A stretch of DNA of 63,538 nt, filler included, from Octopus bimaculoides (Eukaryota), in NCBI RefSeq assembly GCF_001194135.2. It is 5 parts of 5 records of this genome, joined end to end, with 100 filler letters (N's around TTAATTAATTAA, not from the genome) between each part and the next. Parts side by side here need not be neighbours in the genome. Positions count along the whole stretch, not along the records: positions 49,341 to 61,711 come from NC_068985.1; positions 61,812 to 63,538 come from NW_026352351.1; 3 more parts are not named here. One strand, written 5' to 3'. The notes under the pieces are model-generated. The model had not been told where the DNA came from, did not search any database, and was given only the letters and a program-made list of their open reading frames with translations. A program made the position numbers and the translations under genes. Shown here in pieces: positions 50,739 through 63,538 of the stretch. Numbering within the stretch: the first letter of the stretch is position 1; every line of letters starts with the position of its first letter.

Positions 50739-51164
50739 AGGCGGCGAGCTGGCAGAAACGTTAGCACGCAGGGCAAAATGCTTACCGGTATTTCGTCTGC
50801 CGTTACATTCTGAGTTCAAATTCCACCGAGGTCGACTTTGCCTTTCATCCTTTCGGGGTCGATAAATTAAGCACCAGTTACGCACTGGGGTCGATGGAAT
50901 CGACTTAATCCCTTTGTCTGTCCTTGTTTGTCCCCTCTATGTTTAGCCCCTTGTGGGCAATAAATAAGAACTGTTAGCACGCCGGGCGAAATACCTAGTG
51001 GTATGTTGTCTGCCGTTACGTTGTGAGTTCAAATTCCGTCGAGGTCAACTTTGCCGCTCATTCTTTCGGGATCGATAAATTAAGTACCAGTTGCGTACTG
51101 GGATCGATGTAATCGACTGGCCCCCTTCCCAAAAATTTCGGGCTTTGTGCCTAGAGTAGGAAAG
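50739..51164 (+). mobile_element. SINE A1-A2 nested/dimeric locus with one outer 17-bp TSD
   Basis: AATGTGGCTGTGGTAAG at 50722-50738 and 51165-51181; junction AATAAGAA|CTGTTAGC at about 50962-50978. Confidence 0.93.
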
Positions 51165-52863
51165 AATGTGGCTGTGGTAAGGATGGCTCGCTTTCGTTCA
51201 CTGCGAGAAAATTATTAATGTATTTCTCTGTGATGTTTATGGCAATAATTGAAAGAATGCCGCTTAAATTTCATAACAACTTGAGGGAGAATACAGATTG
51301 GTGATAGTAGCCTGTACAGGTGCCTCACAGCCATATAATGCAGTAGGTATTATCTGACGTCAACGGTACATATAGGGCCTGGGAAAGGTAAAAATTTGGG
51401 TCTTATGTAGTGTATATTAGATGGAGTGGATAAAGAGGAGAACGAAGGGGGAGTAATACTGTGATATAATATTTTGTCGACGTCAGTTACCAATGGCTTT
51501 AATGTATCAACAAAACATACGGATCCTTCCTTGACTCAAGCTGCTCTAGCAGTAACAATTTAAGTTTACTTTATGTGCTTTTAATTGAAAAAGAATTATG
51601 CAGAAATTAAATGTTTATATTCATGTTCTCCTGGCATCATTCGAAACCGCAATGCCAAGGAACGTGTGTTTGTTTTCAGCCACTTTACAACACTTAACAC
51701 AAACGCAACAGACTATATTTAGAAGAGAGTAAATATTATTCATATACATCATATGAAAACCTCATAGGTATAAACATATCAGCATACATTCCAATATCTA
51801 TACTTACATATGTATTCATCTATATTTATATATTCAGGCTGTTAGACGTAAGCACAGATGCACACAGACACACAGACAAGCATATACAAATATTTACAAA
51901 ATCAAACATACATATACACACACATTATGCACATTTACACTTCAGTGCCTGCATGTATATATGTAATATAGTGTTTAGATTTATAAACTGCATCAAATAA
52001 ATGATAGATTAATAAATGATCTAATATAGTTACAGTTAATTTATCTCAATACCTTGTATCAGTATTCGTAGTTCTATTCACTTGTTATATACTTCATTTC
52101 GAATGAAGCCAAACAAAAACAACGGAAAATTGCCCTCTCCACCATCCCTTCCACCACCCTCTGTACCTCTTTAAGACATTGAATCTGATAAATGTGACCC
52201 GTGTGAGTTTGAGTTATAAATTCAATATTTTTGACAATATATTTCAAGAGACAAATATTAGAACGTTTTGAGTGACATACAGACAGACAGTTAGGTAGAT
52301 AGATAGATAGAAAGAAAGAAAGAAAGAAAGATAGATATATAGATAGATGGATGGATAGATAGATAGATAGATGGCTAGATAGATGTATTTCTTTTCTGGA
52401 TAAATGCCACATTAAAGTATCAACTACGAAAGACGTAGGGGAAATTGAATTATTTCAGTATAGTCTCTTGGGACATATGTAAGTGTTATTTGGGAGATCA
52501 GCCAGGCCTAGAAATAGAAAGTCCATTTCGCTTGGTGAAGATTTGCAATTTCCTTGATTTTTGTTTCAACTTTAAATTTATTTCGTTCTTCAGCGTTAAA
52601 ACCTCCTCGAAAGGAAAGTGATTGTTTCTATGATGGCTTTCACGTAAGATATTTTGTATACGCTTTTAATATTTTTACACTGTAAGTAAACTTCAATATT
52701 TCAGCCTAACGATCGAGCCTATACGTGCTGCCATCTCGACCTGTTTGAAGTAATAGCCAAATCTCTTTCGATCCATACTTTACAACCTTAAAATTGTTTA
52801 GAACACGTTAGAGATGGTAGTCCGTTGCATACTTAAACGGAACGGACAGAAGTTGGTTTCAAA

Positions 52864-53064
52864 TTTTGGCACAAGCCCAGCAGGTTCCAGAGAGGCTGTA
52901 AATTGATTTCATTGACCCAATGCTCAACAGGTACTTATTTTTACGAACCCGAAAGGATGAAAGGAAACGTTGACCTCGGTGGAATTTGAACTCTGAACGT
53001 AAAGACCGACAAAATGCCGCTAAGCATTTTGCCCTGCGTGCTAAAGATACTGCCAGCTCACCAT
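52864..53064 (-). mobile_element. SINE family A (older)
   Basis: Homology to the family A consensus in this window. Confidence 0.85.
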
Positions 53065-53253
53065 TCATGGATGAAAGGTATTAATCAGTGTTAACCAAAA
53101 GTTATATATGCAACAAAAGAGATATTTGCAGCAGAATAATAGTTTGAAATATTGAGGCACCAGACTTAGAGCTATTTTCCTTACCGGTTTCGATTCAGGG
53201 TTGCCCTCGTCACAGCACTCTAATGTTTTTTTTTTAAATATAATTATTTCGTT

Positions 53254-53470
53254 GGAGGTGGTGAGCTGACAGAATCATTAAAATGCTTGGCATAATGCTT
53301 AGCAATATTTCGCCCGTATTTTCCTTGTGAGTTCAAATTCCTCCAAGATCGACTGTGCCTTTTATCCTTCGTGGTCGATGAAATAAGTTCCAGTCAAATA
53401 CTGGGGTCGAGATAATTCACTCACCCTTCTCCGAAAGTTGCTGGCCTTCCGCCAGAAATGTGAAACCAAT
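53254..53470 (+). mobile_element. SINE family A (older)
   Basis: GGTGGTGAGCTGACAGAATC..GAGTTCAAATTCC. Confidence 0.8.
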
Positions 53471-54248
53471 ATAATAATTTCGAAGGTCCCTCAATATGTT
53501 CTTGATTTAAATCTCATTTTGTTGGAATTTGGATTTTGATTCACGCAACCATGTTAAATAAATAGCATTTAACGATTCAATAAGCATTATACATCTTCAT
53601 TAATATTAACAGTGTGGTTGGAAGTGAAACAAATAGCCTTAAAAAACAGAACGTTCCAATCATTGGTTTTCTTCCCAGATCGAGCGAAGTCAGTCAGAAC
53701 TAGGATCAAATAGATTCCAATCATAACCATCCTGTCTGTTTAAAAGTATGTAGGACAATATTATCTAATGTCGTCTTTGTTAGATGACACAGTGTGGTAA
53801 GGAGGGAGTTTGATTGTTTTTTCTTGTGAATCGGGCGAACATGTAGAAACCCTTTTTTAGCCAGATCTCCAACCGTGGCTCACGCAATTCATCGTTATTA
53901 ATATACGAGTATTTCCTATATTATATTTCTTAATGTCCTTATTCATTCTTACTGTCTTTTCCACCTTTATGGTTGGTATAATTTTCTTTTCGAATTATTA
54001 ATTACAATCTGAAATGTTAAATTAAACAAGCAAAGAAATAATTAGGTAGTAAAATCTAAAACTTGTGATGTATTCGCATCTTATTAATTCGCAATCATTG
54101 TGAATGTTATACTGTCCAGTTTCCATATCATCTTAACTTATTACGCAAATCTATATTGATAAAGTTATTGCCTAAAGAAAACAGATTCACATGAAATGGT
54201 TTACCTAATTTAGTTGTATTCTACATTGCTTTTTACAATTTTCGCTGT

Positions 54249-54395
<147 letters not shown>

Positions 54396-54407
54396 ATTAA
54401 GCTTGCT

Positions 54408-54542
54408 AAAGGCAGCGAGCTGGCAGACTCATTAGCACGCCGAGAAAATTGCTTGGCGGCATTTCGTCTGTTTTTACGTTCTGATTTCAAATTCCGCTGA
54501 TGCGACTTTACTTTTCATCCTTTCGTGATCGATAAAATGAGT
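54408..54542 (+). mobile_element. SINE family A, cut by a gap
   Basis: GGCAGCGAGCTGGCAGACTC..CATCCTTTCGTGATCGAT. Confidence 0.85.
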
Positions 54543-54973
54543 NNNNNNNNNNNNNNNNNNNNNNNNNNNNNNNNNNNNNNNNNNNNNNNNNNNNNNNNNN
54601 NNNNNNNNNNNNNNNNNNNNNNNNNNNNNNNNNNNNNNNNNNNNNNNNNNNNNNNNNNNNNNNNNNNNNNNNNNNNNNNNNNNNNNNNNNNNNNNNNNNN
54701 NNNNNNNNNNNNNNNNNNNNNNNNNNNNNNNNNNNNNNNNNNNNNNNNNNNNNNNNNNNNNNNNNNNNNNNNNNNNNNNNNNNNNNNNNNNNNNNNNNNN
54801 NNNNNNNNNNNNNNNNNNNNNNNNNNNNNNNNNNNNNNNNNNNNNNNNNNNNNNNNNNNNNNNNNNNNNNNNNNNNNNNNNNNNNNNNNNNNNNNNNNNN
54901 NNNNNNNNNNNNNNNNNNNNNNNNNNNNNNNNNNNNNNNNNNNNNNNNNNNNNNNNNNNNNNNNNNNNNNNNN

Positions 54974-55560
54974 CGTTTAAATTACGCAAAAATAAAAATA
55001 GCACTGATATCTCATTTTAACATATATTTACCAAAATTACATAAAAATATCTTGAAATACTAAAGAGTACATTTATTTAATAAAATTGCCATTCGATTCA
55101 ACCACGGCCTCCAGACGATTTCGAAGTCTCCTGAAAATCCTTTGGATGGTCTCCTGGCTTAAGTTGGTGAATGCAGCCATAATCTTTGCCTTTAGTTCAT
55201 TTTTGTTGTTACCAGGAATTTCGTTGGTCCCACCTGCGTGTGTGGCATGCTGCAGAGTCCTGTTGCCAGTTATAGGGCCTTCCAGCAGTTACCCATTTGA
55301 CCCACGGTAGCGCTACCTCCTCTAGTCACTTGATATAAGCATCCATACTTAGCCTGGGGCCGCGTGGGAAGATGAATAGTGGCATAACGTCGTCATCACT
55401 TGTGATCATCCCAAGCACTGGGTGATGTTGACTGGGTGTTTGATTTTTATCACTCTCGGTACATGTTTTGGGGACACGGCAAGCCAACGGTTGTTCTATG
55501 TGTTCCCTATCTGCTCGATTTGGAGCTTTCAGCCCAAATGCAAAGCAGTACAGCATGTCG
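54974..55560 (-). pseudogene. Deleted maT/DD37D-type Tc1-mariner transposase remnant
   Basis: NNRWLAVSP..KHP..ITSDDDVMPLFIFP..LPWVKWVTAGRPYNWQQDSAACH..KAKIMAAF..RLEAVVESNGNFI*. Confidence 0.85.
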
Positions 55561-56502
55561 TTTCCAAATGGCGCTGTTTTTCTCACAAATGGTGCCCAAC
55601 TGACCCTATTACACTGTATAGTCGACAAAATTAAAAACAAAAATGCGCATGCGCGAAATTAAGAATATCAAACGGCAACAGTTTACTCATCACTCCTTCT
55701 GTTNNNNNNNNNNNNNNNNNNNNNNNNNNNNNNNNNNNNNNNNNNNNNNNNNNNNNNNNNNNNNNNNNNNNNNNNNNNTATATATATATATATATATATA
55801 TATCAAAATAAGAATGCAAACACCATTGCAATGCGGTAGTGCTACAGAGATAATCTAAAATGCGCAATTGTTAGCTCTTCGGTAATTTTATAATTAGCAA
55901 TGCCGATTTAGTGACCCACGATTTCATTTTCATACTTATTCGTAGCCTAAAACATAATAACCAGGTGCTACAATCATAATTTCATTCAGATGAGATATTG
56001 ATGTACTTATTAATTTACGAAAGATATTTATTTCATATGAAATAAGTTAAAAGATGAAATATAAGAAGACTGATTAAGAAATATGGAAATTATTTAATAT
56101 GAAGTTTTAGCTCGAATACGGATATACTTTCTTTATAACATGTTCGAAAGAAAAGATTTGTCCCTATATATATGTACATGTACACGCATACGTACAGAGA
56201 TAAATTAGGGGCAGGGTGATATTTATATATATATATATATGTTTGCGTATGCGTGTGCATGCATGTGAGCGTTTAGGCGCTGTGACGCTGAAGAAAGAGG
56301 GGAAAATTTCGTTATTGTCGTGTTGTGTGTACTTTAGCATGTAAGCTTACACACGGAGTATTGTTCTACACACAGGTGAAAGCTATATAATGTAAACATT
56401 TTATTTTTAAATTTGCTCATATAGAATATCATTCTCTCCTTCTCTGCTCTCTTTCTCTCTCCCTCTCTCTCTCTCTCCCTAATATATATATGCACACAGA
56501 CA

Positions 56503-56558
<56 letters not shown>

Positions 56559-56715
56559 NNNNNNNNNNNNNNNNNNNNNNNNNNNNNNNNNNNNNNNNNN
56601 NNNNNNNNNNNNNNNNNNNNNNNNNNNNNNNNNNNNNNNNNNNNNNNNNNNNNNNNNNNNNNNNNNNNNNNNNNNNNNNNNNNNNNNNNNNNNNNNNNNN
56701 NNNNNNNNNNNNNNN

Positions 56716-56746
<31 letters not shown>

Positions 56747-59339
56747 TATATACTCATGCATATGTATATATACATATATGTGCGTGTGTGTGTGTGTGTT
56801 TATGTTTGTATATATTGACGATAAACATATGTATTACAGAGTTTATGAAGATGTCTCACAAACATGTGGACAAATCATAATCTACGTATACAAAGAACAT
56901 AGAGATTACTATCAGGTGTCCTGACTTTCTGAGCATATGTAGTTGGAGAAAGATTGCCAACAGATGCAAGGGAGATCTTATGAGATTTTGTTTTGGTTTG
57001 TTTTGTCATATATTTTATAAAAACCTTTCAGATATCTGCTGTAAACTCATCATCCGTGCTTCGTTACAATGTTTGCATGGCTGCCAATATGTTAAGCCGT
57101 TATAAACAAAACAAGCATAAGCTCTGATTAGGTTCACATGTCTACTAGTTATTATTCTTATTTGTCTGATATGTGCGTGTATGTGTGAGTTCGCTTTGTT
57201 GTGTACTTTATTTTAAGTGGAATATATATGTTAATTATAGTGAATATACACAATTATTTTCGATATGTTTAATTGTGATCCGGACGTGTGGCAAGAAACC
57301 TTAGATTGTCTTAATGTTTCGCTATGTTTACTTATTTCAACTTTTGCGCTCTGGATTTTAATATTTTGGGTTGAGTGCAGTAAATATCACTGGTATACAA
57401 ATGTAGATTCTTTTGAATTTACTAGTCATATATTAGAGTGTAGTACGTAAAAAATAAGGTTGCATGTACGCAGTCACTCGGTTTGTTGAAAACGAAAGTT
57501 AGAACGCCTTCAAAATATATCATATGTCTTAAAAATATACAGACGATACAAAAAATATAAACAAGAGTACATTCCGCTCGAAAACGCGCCTCAGATGGAA
57601 TGCCTTTGGTAATAGGTCTGCTCAAGTAAAGCTGACCTGGGGTTAAAAGTCATCAATATATATTATGTAGCCTTGTGTCGTCGTAATCTTTCGGAGTTAA
57701 TAGAGACTTCTCGATATCTGCACAAATTAAATATTTTGTGATATTAGATAGAATAGATTGTGTGTGCACTCTTCTCCTTAGCAGTAAGGGAACTATTCTT
57801 TCCTGTTTATATATTTGAAACGGTAGTGTTGTGTCGGAGATGATTGTTTGTCGTTCTGTTGAGTACAAATTCTGTCATATTCAAGTTCATTTATTCAGAC
57901 TTCCCGGTTCGACAGCATAATAGATGATTGATTCAATAGACTGTACATTACTTCAAGGGATATGTGGTCAAATTGCTTAAAACATAAGGAATCTTCATTA
58001 CAGCTCTTTGTATTGAAATCCTGTTTAGCAAGAGATAAATACATGCTAATTAGAAACAGTAACTTTAATTGCAGTCTTACTTGAAGCCATCTTAATTTCC
58101 TTTTCGTCTCAATTGTTCTTGAGACACAGACGTGCGCGCGCACGCACGCGCACGCATACATAACAGTCTATTCATGAGCCTAACACAGCATCTAAAAAAC
58201 AATCAATGTTTTATTTACAACATATATAAAAATAGAAACATCTACACAGTCACTGGATCGGCTGAAAATAGTAGCTGAATACTCTTCAAATCACACCATA
58301 CACCTGAAAAATATTATGCGGAAAACATCGTTATGGATACTCAAAAGTACTGAATGATCCCGAGTGGAAGATTGTTCACCTTAGTTCTATTTTTTGAGAA
58401 CCTGGAGTTAAATAATATAGGTGTAGCCTAGATGGTAAAAGTCCTAGCAATTTGAGTTAGCGGTACAGATTCTGTTTTTAGTGGGCCATAGAAATCATAT
58501 GTGTGTCACAAATCCTGTTCCTAGCTTTTTTTGGTTTCACTGAGGTTCAGCGCCGGTTGAACAACTTAGATCACAAATAGGTTGTACTCAAAGAATTATA
58601 ATAATCTTCAGTGAAATAACATTCGCAATATATTTTTTATTTGGTTATGAGAAATATGTTTTTCTCGATCAGGTGTCAGCAATTAATGAGCCAAAAGATG
58701 TACTGAAAGTACCACATTCATTGATTTATATCAGAGGTGGCTTTTTCGTTATTGCTTGGCTCACAAGAAATAGTTGTAATATCTTCCTCAATTCAAATTT
58801 TGATCGCCTGATTTTACCACAGGAAGAAATTTTTGAAAAACTGTAGTCATATACACACTGCGTGCAAGGAAAAGACGGATGTGGACTTTTAGATTTTAAA
58901 AGGTTTAATAAATAAACATCTTCAATCAGAGATGATTTGGGACTCAATTACAAAAATAGCAGCAATAGCAGAAACTACTACGACAAAAGCAACAACCATC
59001 GTATCAACACAGCTTCCGTTTGGGGTTTCCCTGGATTTCTCTTTGATCTTCCCTATAGAGATCGACTAACGAATTAATTTTTATAAGAATTCGACAATTC
59101 AATCTAATCTAATGTGATAAGGTTTAAAATTGAAATTCTTTGAGTAAAAATATTATTTCAAATAAGTAAAATGAGTAAAAATATTATTTTGTGCCTCGTA
59201 GCACAAAAGCATATTTCTTTATTTTTTAACATTTTCTTATATTATTCATTGAAATGCTATCTTCTAAGGCTTCCAAGGATTGAAACACTTTATTTTGGTC
59301 GATGATATCTATCTTTATTCTACAACTCTTGCTGCTTCT

Positions 59340-59340
59340 G

Positions 59341-59407
<67 letters not shown>

Positions 59408-59460
59408 AATTATTATTATTATTATTATTATTATTATCATCATCATTATTATTATTGCTG
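59340..59460. repeat. (CTA)n-(TTA)n microsatellite
   Basis: Visible array; source of the poly-S/T/L ORFs. Confidence 0.97.
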
Positions 59461-59841
59461 TTACATCTCAATAGTACTTCTAAAGAGATCGATAAAAGAA
59501 ATCTTTAGCAATGAGTAAACTTTAAAAGAAACTGCCAAAAGGCGAAAGAAAGAAAAGCTAAGATTCTCCGAAAACTGACATGTGATGATAGATTGATCAA
59601 AGAGACGTAAAAGACGCTTCCGGCTTGCAAGAGTAGCTAGTCTCAAGTACATAGCGCTATCAGGAATTGGTTCTTTGAAGAAATAGAAACAATACGATAT
59701 ATAGTGATCTTACACCACATAACCACATACACAAACACTGACACTGTTGCACGCAAGCAAACGGTATACACACAAGATATATATATACACATATATAAAT
59801 ATAAAGCAGGGAGAAATGGAGAGATGCGTACATCCATGCAA

Positions 59842-59878
<37 letters not shown>

Positions 59879-60068
59879 ACATAGGTATATGCGTAGGAGT
59901 GTAGGTTGTGAGTGTATCCGTGTGTCTTCGTGACAACACAAGTGCTCACAGACTTTCAAATAATGTGTGTTGCAGTACACAGGTGTGTTAAATGCGCACG
60001 CCGCTTTTAAGAATATACATTCAAACCAATGAGCACCTATACACGCACACTCACGGATATATATATAT

Positions 60069-60260
60069 ATGATTGACCGTTGACTGAACACTATTCAATT
60101 TTTTTCTCCGTGTTTTTCTCCTTGTTTCCGTATTCTTTCTGTTGAAGAGCGTAGCTCGAAACGTCAAAGACTTTCCGTATTCCCGAGCGTCATACTAATA
60201 TATCCTTTTGGTATTTACACCACCTGTCCTCGTCTGTTGTTATTATTTGTATATTCTCCC
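60069..60260 (+). mobile_element. Solo PLE terminal repeat embedded in (TA)n
   Basis: Homologous to 46866-47050; (TA)n on both sides. Confidence 0.82.
60134..60170 (+). ncRNA. Minimal hammerhead-like motif (U at position 6), best-preserved copy
   Basis: TCTTT-CTGTTGA-A-GAGC-GTA-GCTC-GAAAC-GTC-AAAGA; predicted cleavage after C60165. Confidence 0.75.
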
Positions 60261-60311
<51 letters not shown>

Positions 60312-60928
60312 NNNNNNNNNNNNNNNNNNNNNNNNNNNNNNNNNNNNNNNNNNNNNNNNNNNNNNNNNNNNNNNNNNNNNNNNNNNNNNNNNNNNNNNNN
60401 NNNNNNNNNNNNNNNNNNNNNNNNNNNNNNNNNNNNNNNNNNNNNNNNNNNNNNNNNNNNNNNNNNNNNNNNNNNNNNNNNNNNNNNNNNNNNNNNNNNN
60501 NNNNNNNNNNNNNNNNNNNNNNNNNNNNNNNNNNNNNNNNNNNNNNNNNNNNNNNNNNNNNNNNNNNNNNNNNNNNNNNNNNNNNNNNNNNNNNNNNNNN
60601 NNNNNNNNNNNNNNNNNNNNNNNNNNNNNNNNNNNNNNNNNNNNNNNNNNNNNNNNNNNNNNNNNNNNNNNNNNNNNNNNNNNNNNNNNNNNNNNNNNNN
60701 NNNNNNNNNNNNNNNNNNNNNNNNNNNNNNNNNNNNNNNNNNNNNNNNNNNNNNNNNNNNNNNNNNNNNNNNNNNNNNNNNNNNNNNNNNNNNNNNNNNN
60801 NNNNNNNNNNNNNNNNNNNNNNNNNNNNNNNNNNNNNNNNNNNNNNNNNNNNNNNNNNNNNNNNNNNNNNNNNNNNNNNNNNNNNNNNNNNNNNNNNNNN
60901 NNNNNNNNNNNNNTATATATATATATGT

Positions 60929-60967
<39 letters not shown>

Positions 60968-61004
60968 CATACATACATACAAACATACATACATAAATAC
61001 ATTA

Positions 61005-61040
<36 letters not shown>

Positions 61041-61295
61041 ACACACATACACACACACATATATATATATATATATAGCAGAAACAGCAGAGTGACACGA
61101 GGGCCTAAAGTTTCGTGCGTTGGCACTGTGCCAGCGAAACTATCATCCTTGTGACACACTGTTGCTTCAGTTAAATATTGCTAACAAATATATATATACT
61201 CATATTTTGAGTTCTATTGTTTCTGTTTGCATCATCATACATACATACAGATAGACAGACAGATAGTGAGAAGAAGAGAAAGATGCGAGCATATG

Positions 61296-61440
61296 CGAGG
61301 GTTTGCTTATGTCCCCGTAACTTAGCAAGACACCCACCTATTCGATGAATACCGAACTTCAAATGAAGTTCTGACGTCGATTCCCTTGATTAAATCCTTC
61401 AAGGCGAAACTGCAACATGACTGAAATAAGTAAAAATGAG
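61296..61440 (+). mobile_element. Degenerate 3' half of SINE family B
   Basis: TTATGTCCCCGTAACTTAGC..ATGACTGAAATAAGTAAAA. Confidence 0.55.
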
Positions 61441-61466
61441 ATGAAAGACATACATTATTATATATT

Positions 61467-61675
61467 CAGTAATTCCACGCATTATATCGCGGTTCACCTA
61501 TCGCGGTTTATTATTTAAGCTTAGGTCGATTCCCCCGTGGTTTTGTTTTGCATTTATAATAAAAAGGATATATCCAACTTATAAATATAATTTTAAAAAA
61601 ATATACAGTACAGTACTGTTCCTACTTCGCGGATTGTTTTGGAACGTAACACCCGGGATAGTCGAGAGCTTGCTG
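61467..61675 (-). mobile_element. Tigger/pogo-like non-autonomous element
   Basis: Degenerate TIRs CAGTAATTCCACG..ATCGCGG and reverse-complement CAGCAAGCTCTCGACTATCCCGGG; matches 32657. Confidence 0.6.
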
Positions 61676-61755
61676 TACATACATATACATATATATATAT
61701 ATATATATATANNNNNNNNNNNNNNNNNNNNNNNNNNNNNNNNNNNNNNNNNNNN

Positions 61756-61767
61756 TTAATTAATTAA
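61756..61767. other. Artificial scaffold-join spacer TTAATTAATTAA
   Basis: 44N-12-44N. Confidence 0.95.
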
Positions 61768-61811
61768 NNNNNNNNNNNNNNNNNNNNNNNNNNNNNNNNN
61801 NNNNNNNNNNN

Positions 61812-61853
<42 letters not shown>

Positions 61854-63006
61854 TCAGTCAGTTTCCCTTTCCGTGTCATCGTCGTCGTAGATGTTTAGAA
61901 CTAGGATTTCCCTGATCGAATACAACTATTATAAAGCGTATTCCAGCCTACATTTTTGTATATCTTAGACTCAACTGATTAACGGCGGCTTACCAGTTTA
62001 AAGCGGCAAGAGTATAATTTGCAGACGTTTGGCTATTATTTCTAAGAAGTAGATCGATCACGTAAAGATTCGTATGTATCTTTGTAAGGTATAAAGTTCA
62101 AAATTGAAATTCAAATTTACATTATGTTTTCTAGCAATTTTTTTCTTTTGTAATTTAAACCTTATTGTTATCGAATGAGTAACAATGTAAGTTATTGTAA
62201 GAAAGAGGAAGCTTAGAAATACACAGAAATCTTATCTATTCATTTATACGTTAGTTTTTTTTAAAAATTTTTTTTTTCGCCTTTGGTTTTGGTTTTGATA
62301 TTCGATTTTATAGTTGAGTTTTGCAGTAGAAAAAAGTTAAGTCATGAAGAGAAAGATAATGGGTGGGAAGAGGTGTGGTGGTACTGGAGGGGTGGGGTTG
62401 GTGCTTACTGGTGGCGGGGGAAGGAAGATTACAACTTTGTTCTTATCTTGAATTCATAACAAGATGTATTCTTTCATTGAAAGTTCAGTTTTTCACTTGT
62501 GAANNNNNNNNNNNNNNNNNNNNNNNNNNNNNNNNNNNNNNNNNNNNNNNNNNNNNNNNNNNNNNNNNNNNNNNNNNNNNNNNNNNNNNNNNNNNNNNNN
62601 NNNNNNNNNNNNNNNNNNNNNNNNNNNNNNNNNNNNNNNNNNNNNNNNNNNNNNNNNNNNNNNNNNNNNNNNNNNNNNNNNNNNNNNNNNNNNNNNNNNN
62701 NNNNNNNNNNNNNNNNNNNNNNNNNNNNNNNNNNNNNNNNNNNNNNNNNNNNNNNNNNNNNNNNNNNNNNNNNNNNNNNNNNNNNNNNNNNNNNNNNNNN
62801 NNNNNNNNNNNNNNNNNNNNNNNNNNNNNNNNNNNNNNNNNNNNNNNNNNNNNNNNNNNNNNNNNNNNNNNNNNNNNNNNNNNNNNNNNNNNNNNNNNNN
62901 NNNNNNNNNNNNNNNNNNNNNNNNNNNNNNNNNNNNNNNNNNNNNNNNNNNNNNNNNNNNNNNNNNNNNNNNNNNNNNNNNNNNNNNNNNNNNNNNNNNN
63001 NNNNNN

Positions 63007-63050
<44 letters not shown>

Positions 63051-63498
63051 ACTATGTGCATATGTATACGCACACACATATATATGCACATATACAAATT
63101 CATGTGAATAGAAACAAAAGTGAGCTGAGAGAAGTAGCTAAGAGTGGCCAGTGGCGTGTATTTGAAGAACATACACAAATGAAGATATATCAAATACTAT
63201 ACAGCATAACTTCTTGATTTCTTAAAATTATCGTCGCCTCTAGAGGATGTGTGCCAGTCACCAAATGGCGAGCGTGACCAGCTGTATATGAAAAGGGGAG
63301 ATTATCGCAATAATCAAGAATTATCCAGTCTTGACATGCCCTTAAGGAAAAGGTTAATCATATTGTTTTGGATAGAAGACAATTGTGGACACCTGTTTCT
63401 CCTCCAATAAGCGCTTCTTTCATTACGACAACTCCAGCCACAAAGTGACTTAGACTTATGCAGTGGTGAGTGGACAACACATGCATGATTATAACTAC

Positions 63499-63538
<40 letters not shown>

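Noticed and set aside
62363-62425. G-rich tract as a G-quadruplex or promoter
   Set aside because: Loops between G runs are long and irregular, the tract is next to a gap, and there is no other support

Overview
AT-rich, gap-riddled eukaryotic genomic DNA, almost certainly cephalopod (octopus-like). That assignment is an inference from the SINE families and the extreme (TA)n/(TG)n/(GATA)n/(ACAT)n density. No intact host gene, rRNA, true tRNA or CRISPR array can be supported; most ORFs in the supplied track are microsatellite or N-gap artefacts. The window holds microsatellites, at least five tRNA-derived SINE families (my labels A-F), decayed CR1/L2-type LINE pieces, mariner/Tc1 and Tigger-like elements, a probable non-autonomous Helitron, and four or five different Penelope-like element (PLE) remnants. 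Main signals: (1) two PLE terminal-repeat families carry minimal hammerhead ribozyme motifs. One has a CUG-U-N-GA core variant in all three copies and abuts (TA)n. The other appears to carry a tRNA-like Pol III A/B-box module between the ORF stop and the ribozyme. (2) SINE family A repeatedly inserts into the head of its own copies at one site, with 16-17 bp TSDs. (3) A 540-bp diverged palindrome at 708-1247. (4) A LINE 3' tail shared with the CORE-SINE. Four 44N-TTAATTAATTAA-44N blocks are artificial scaffold joins, so adjacency across them is uncertain.
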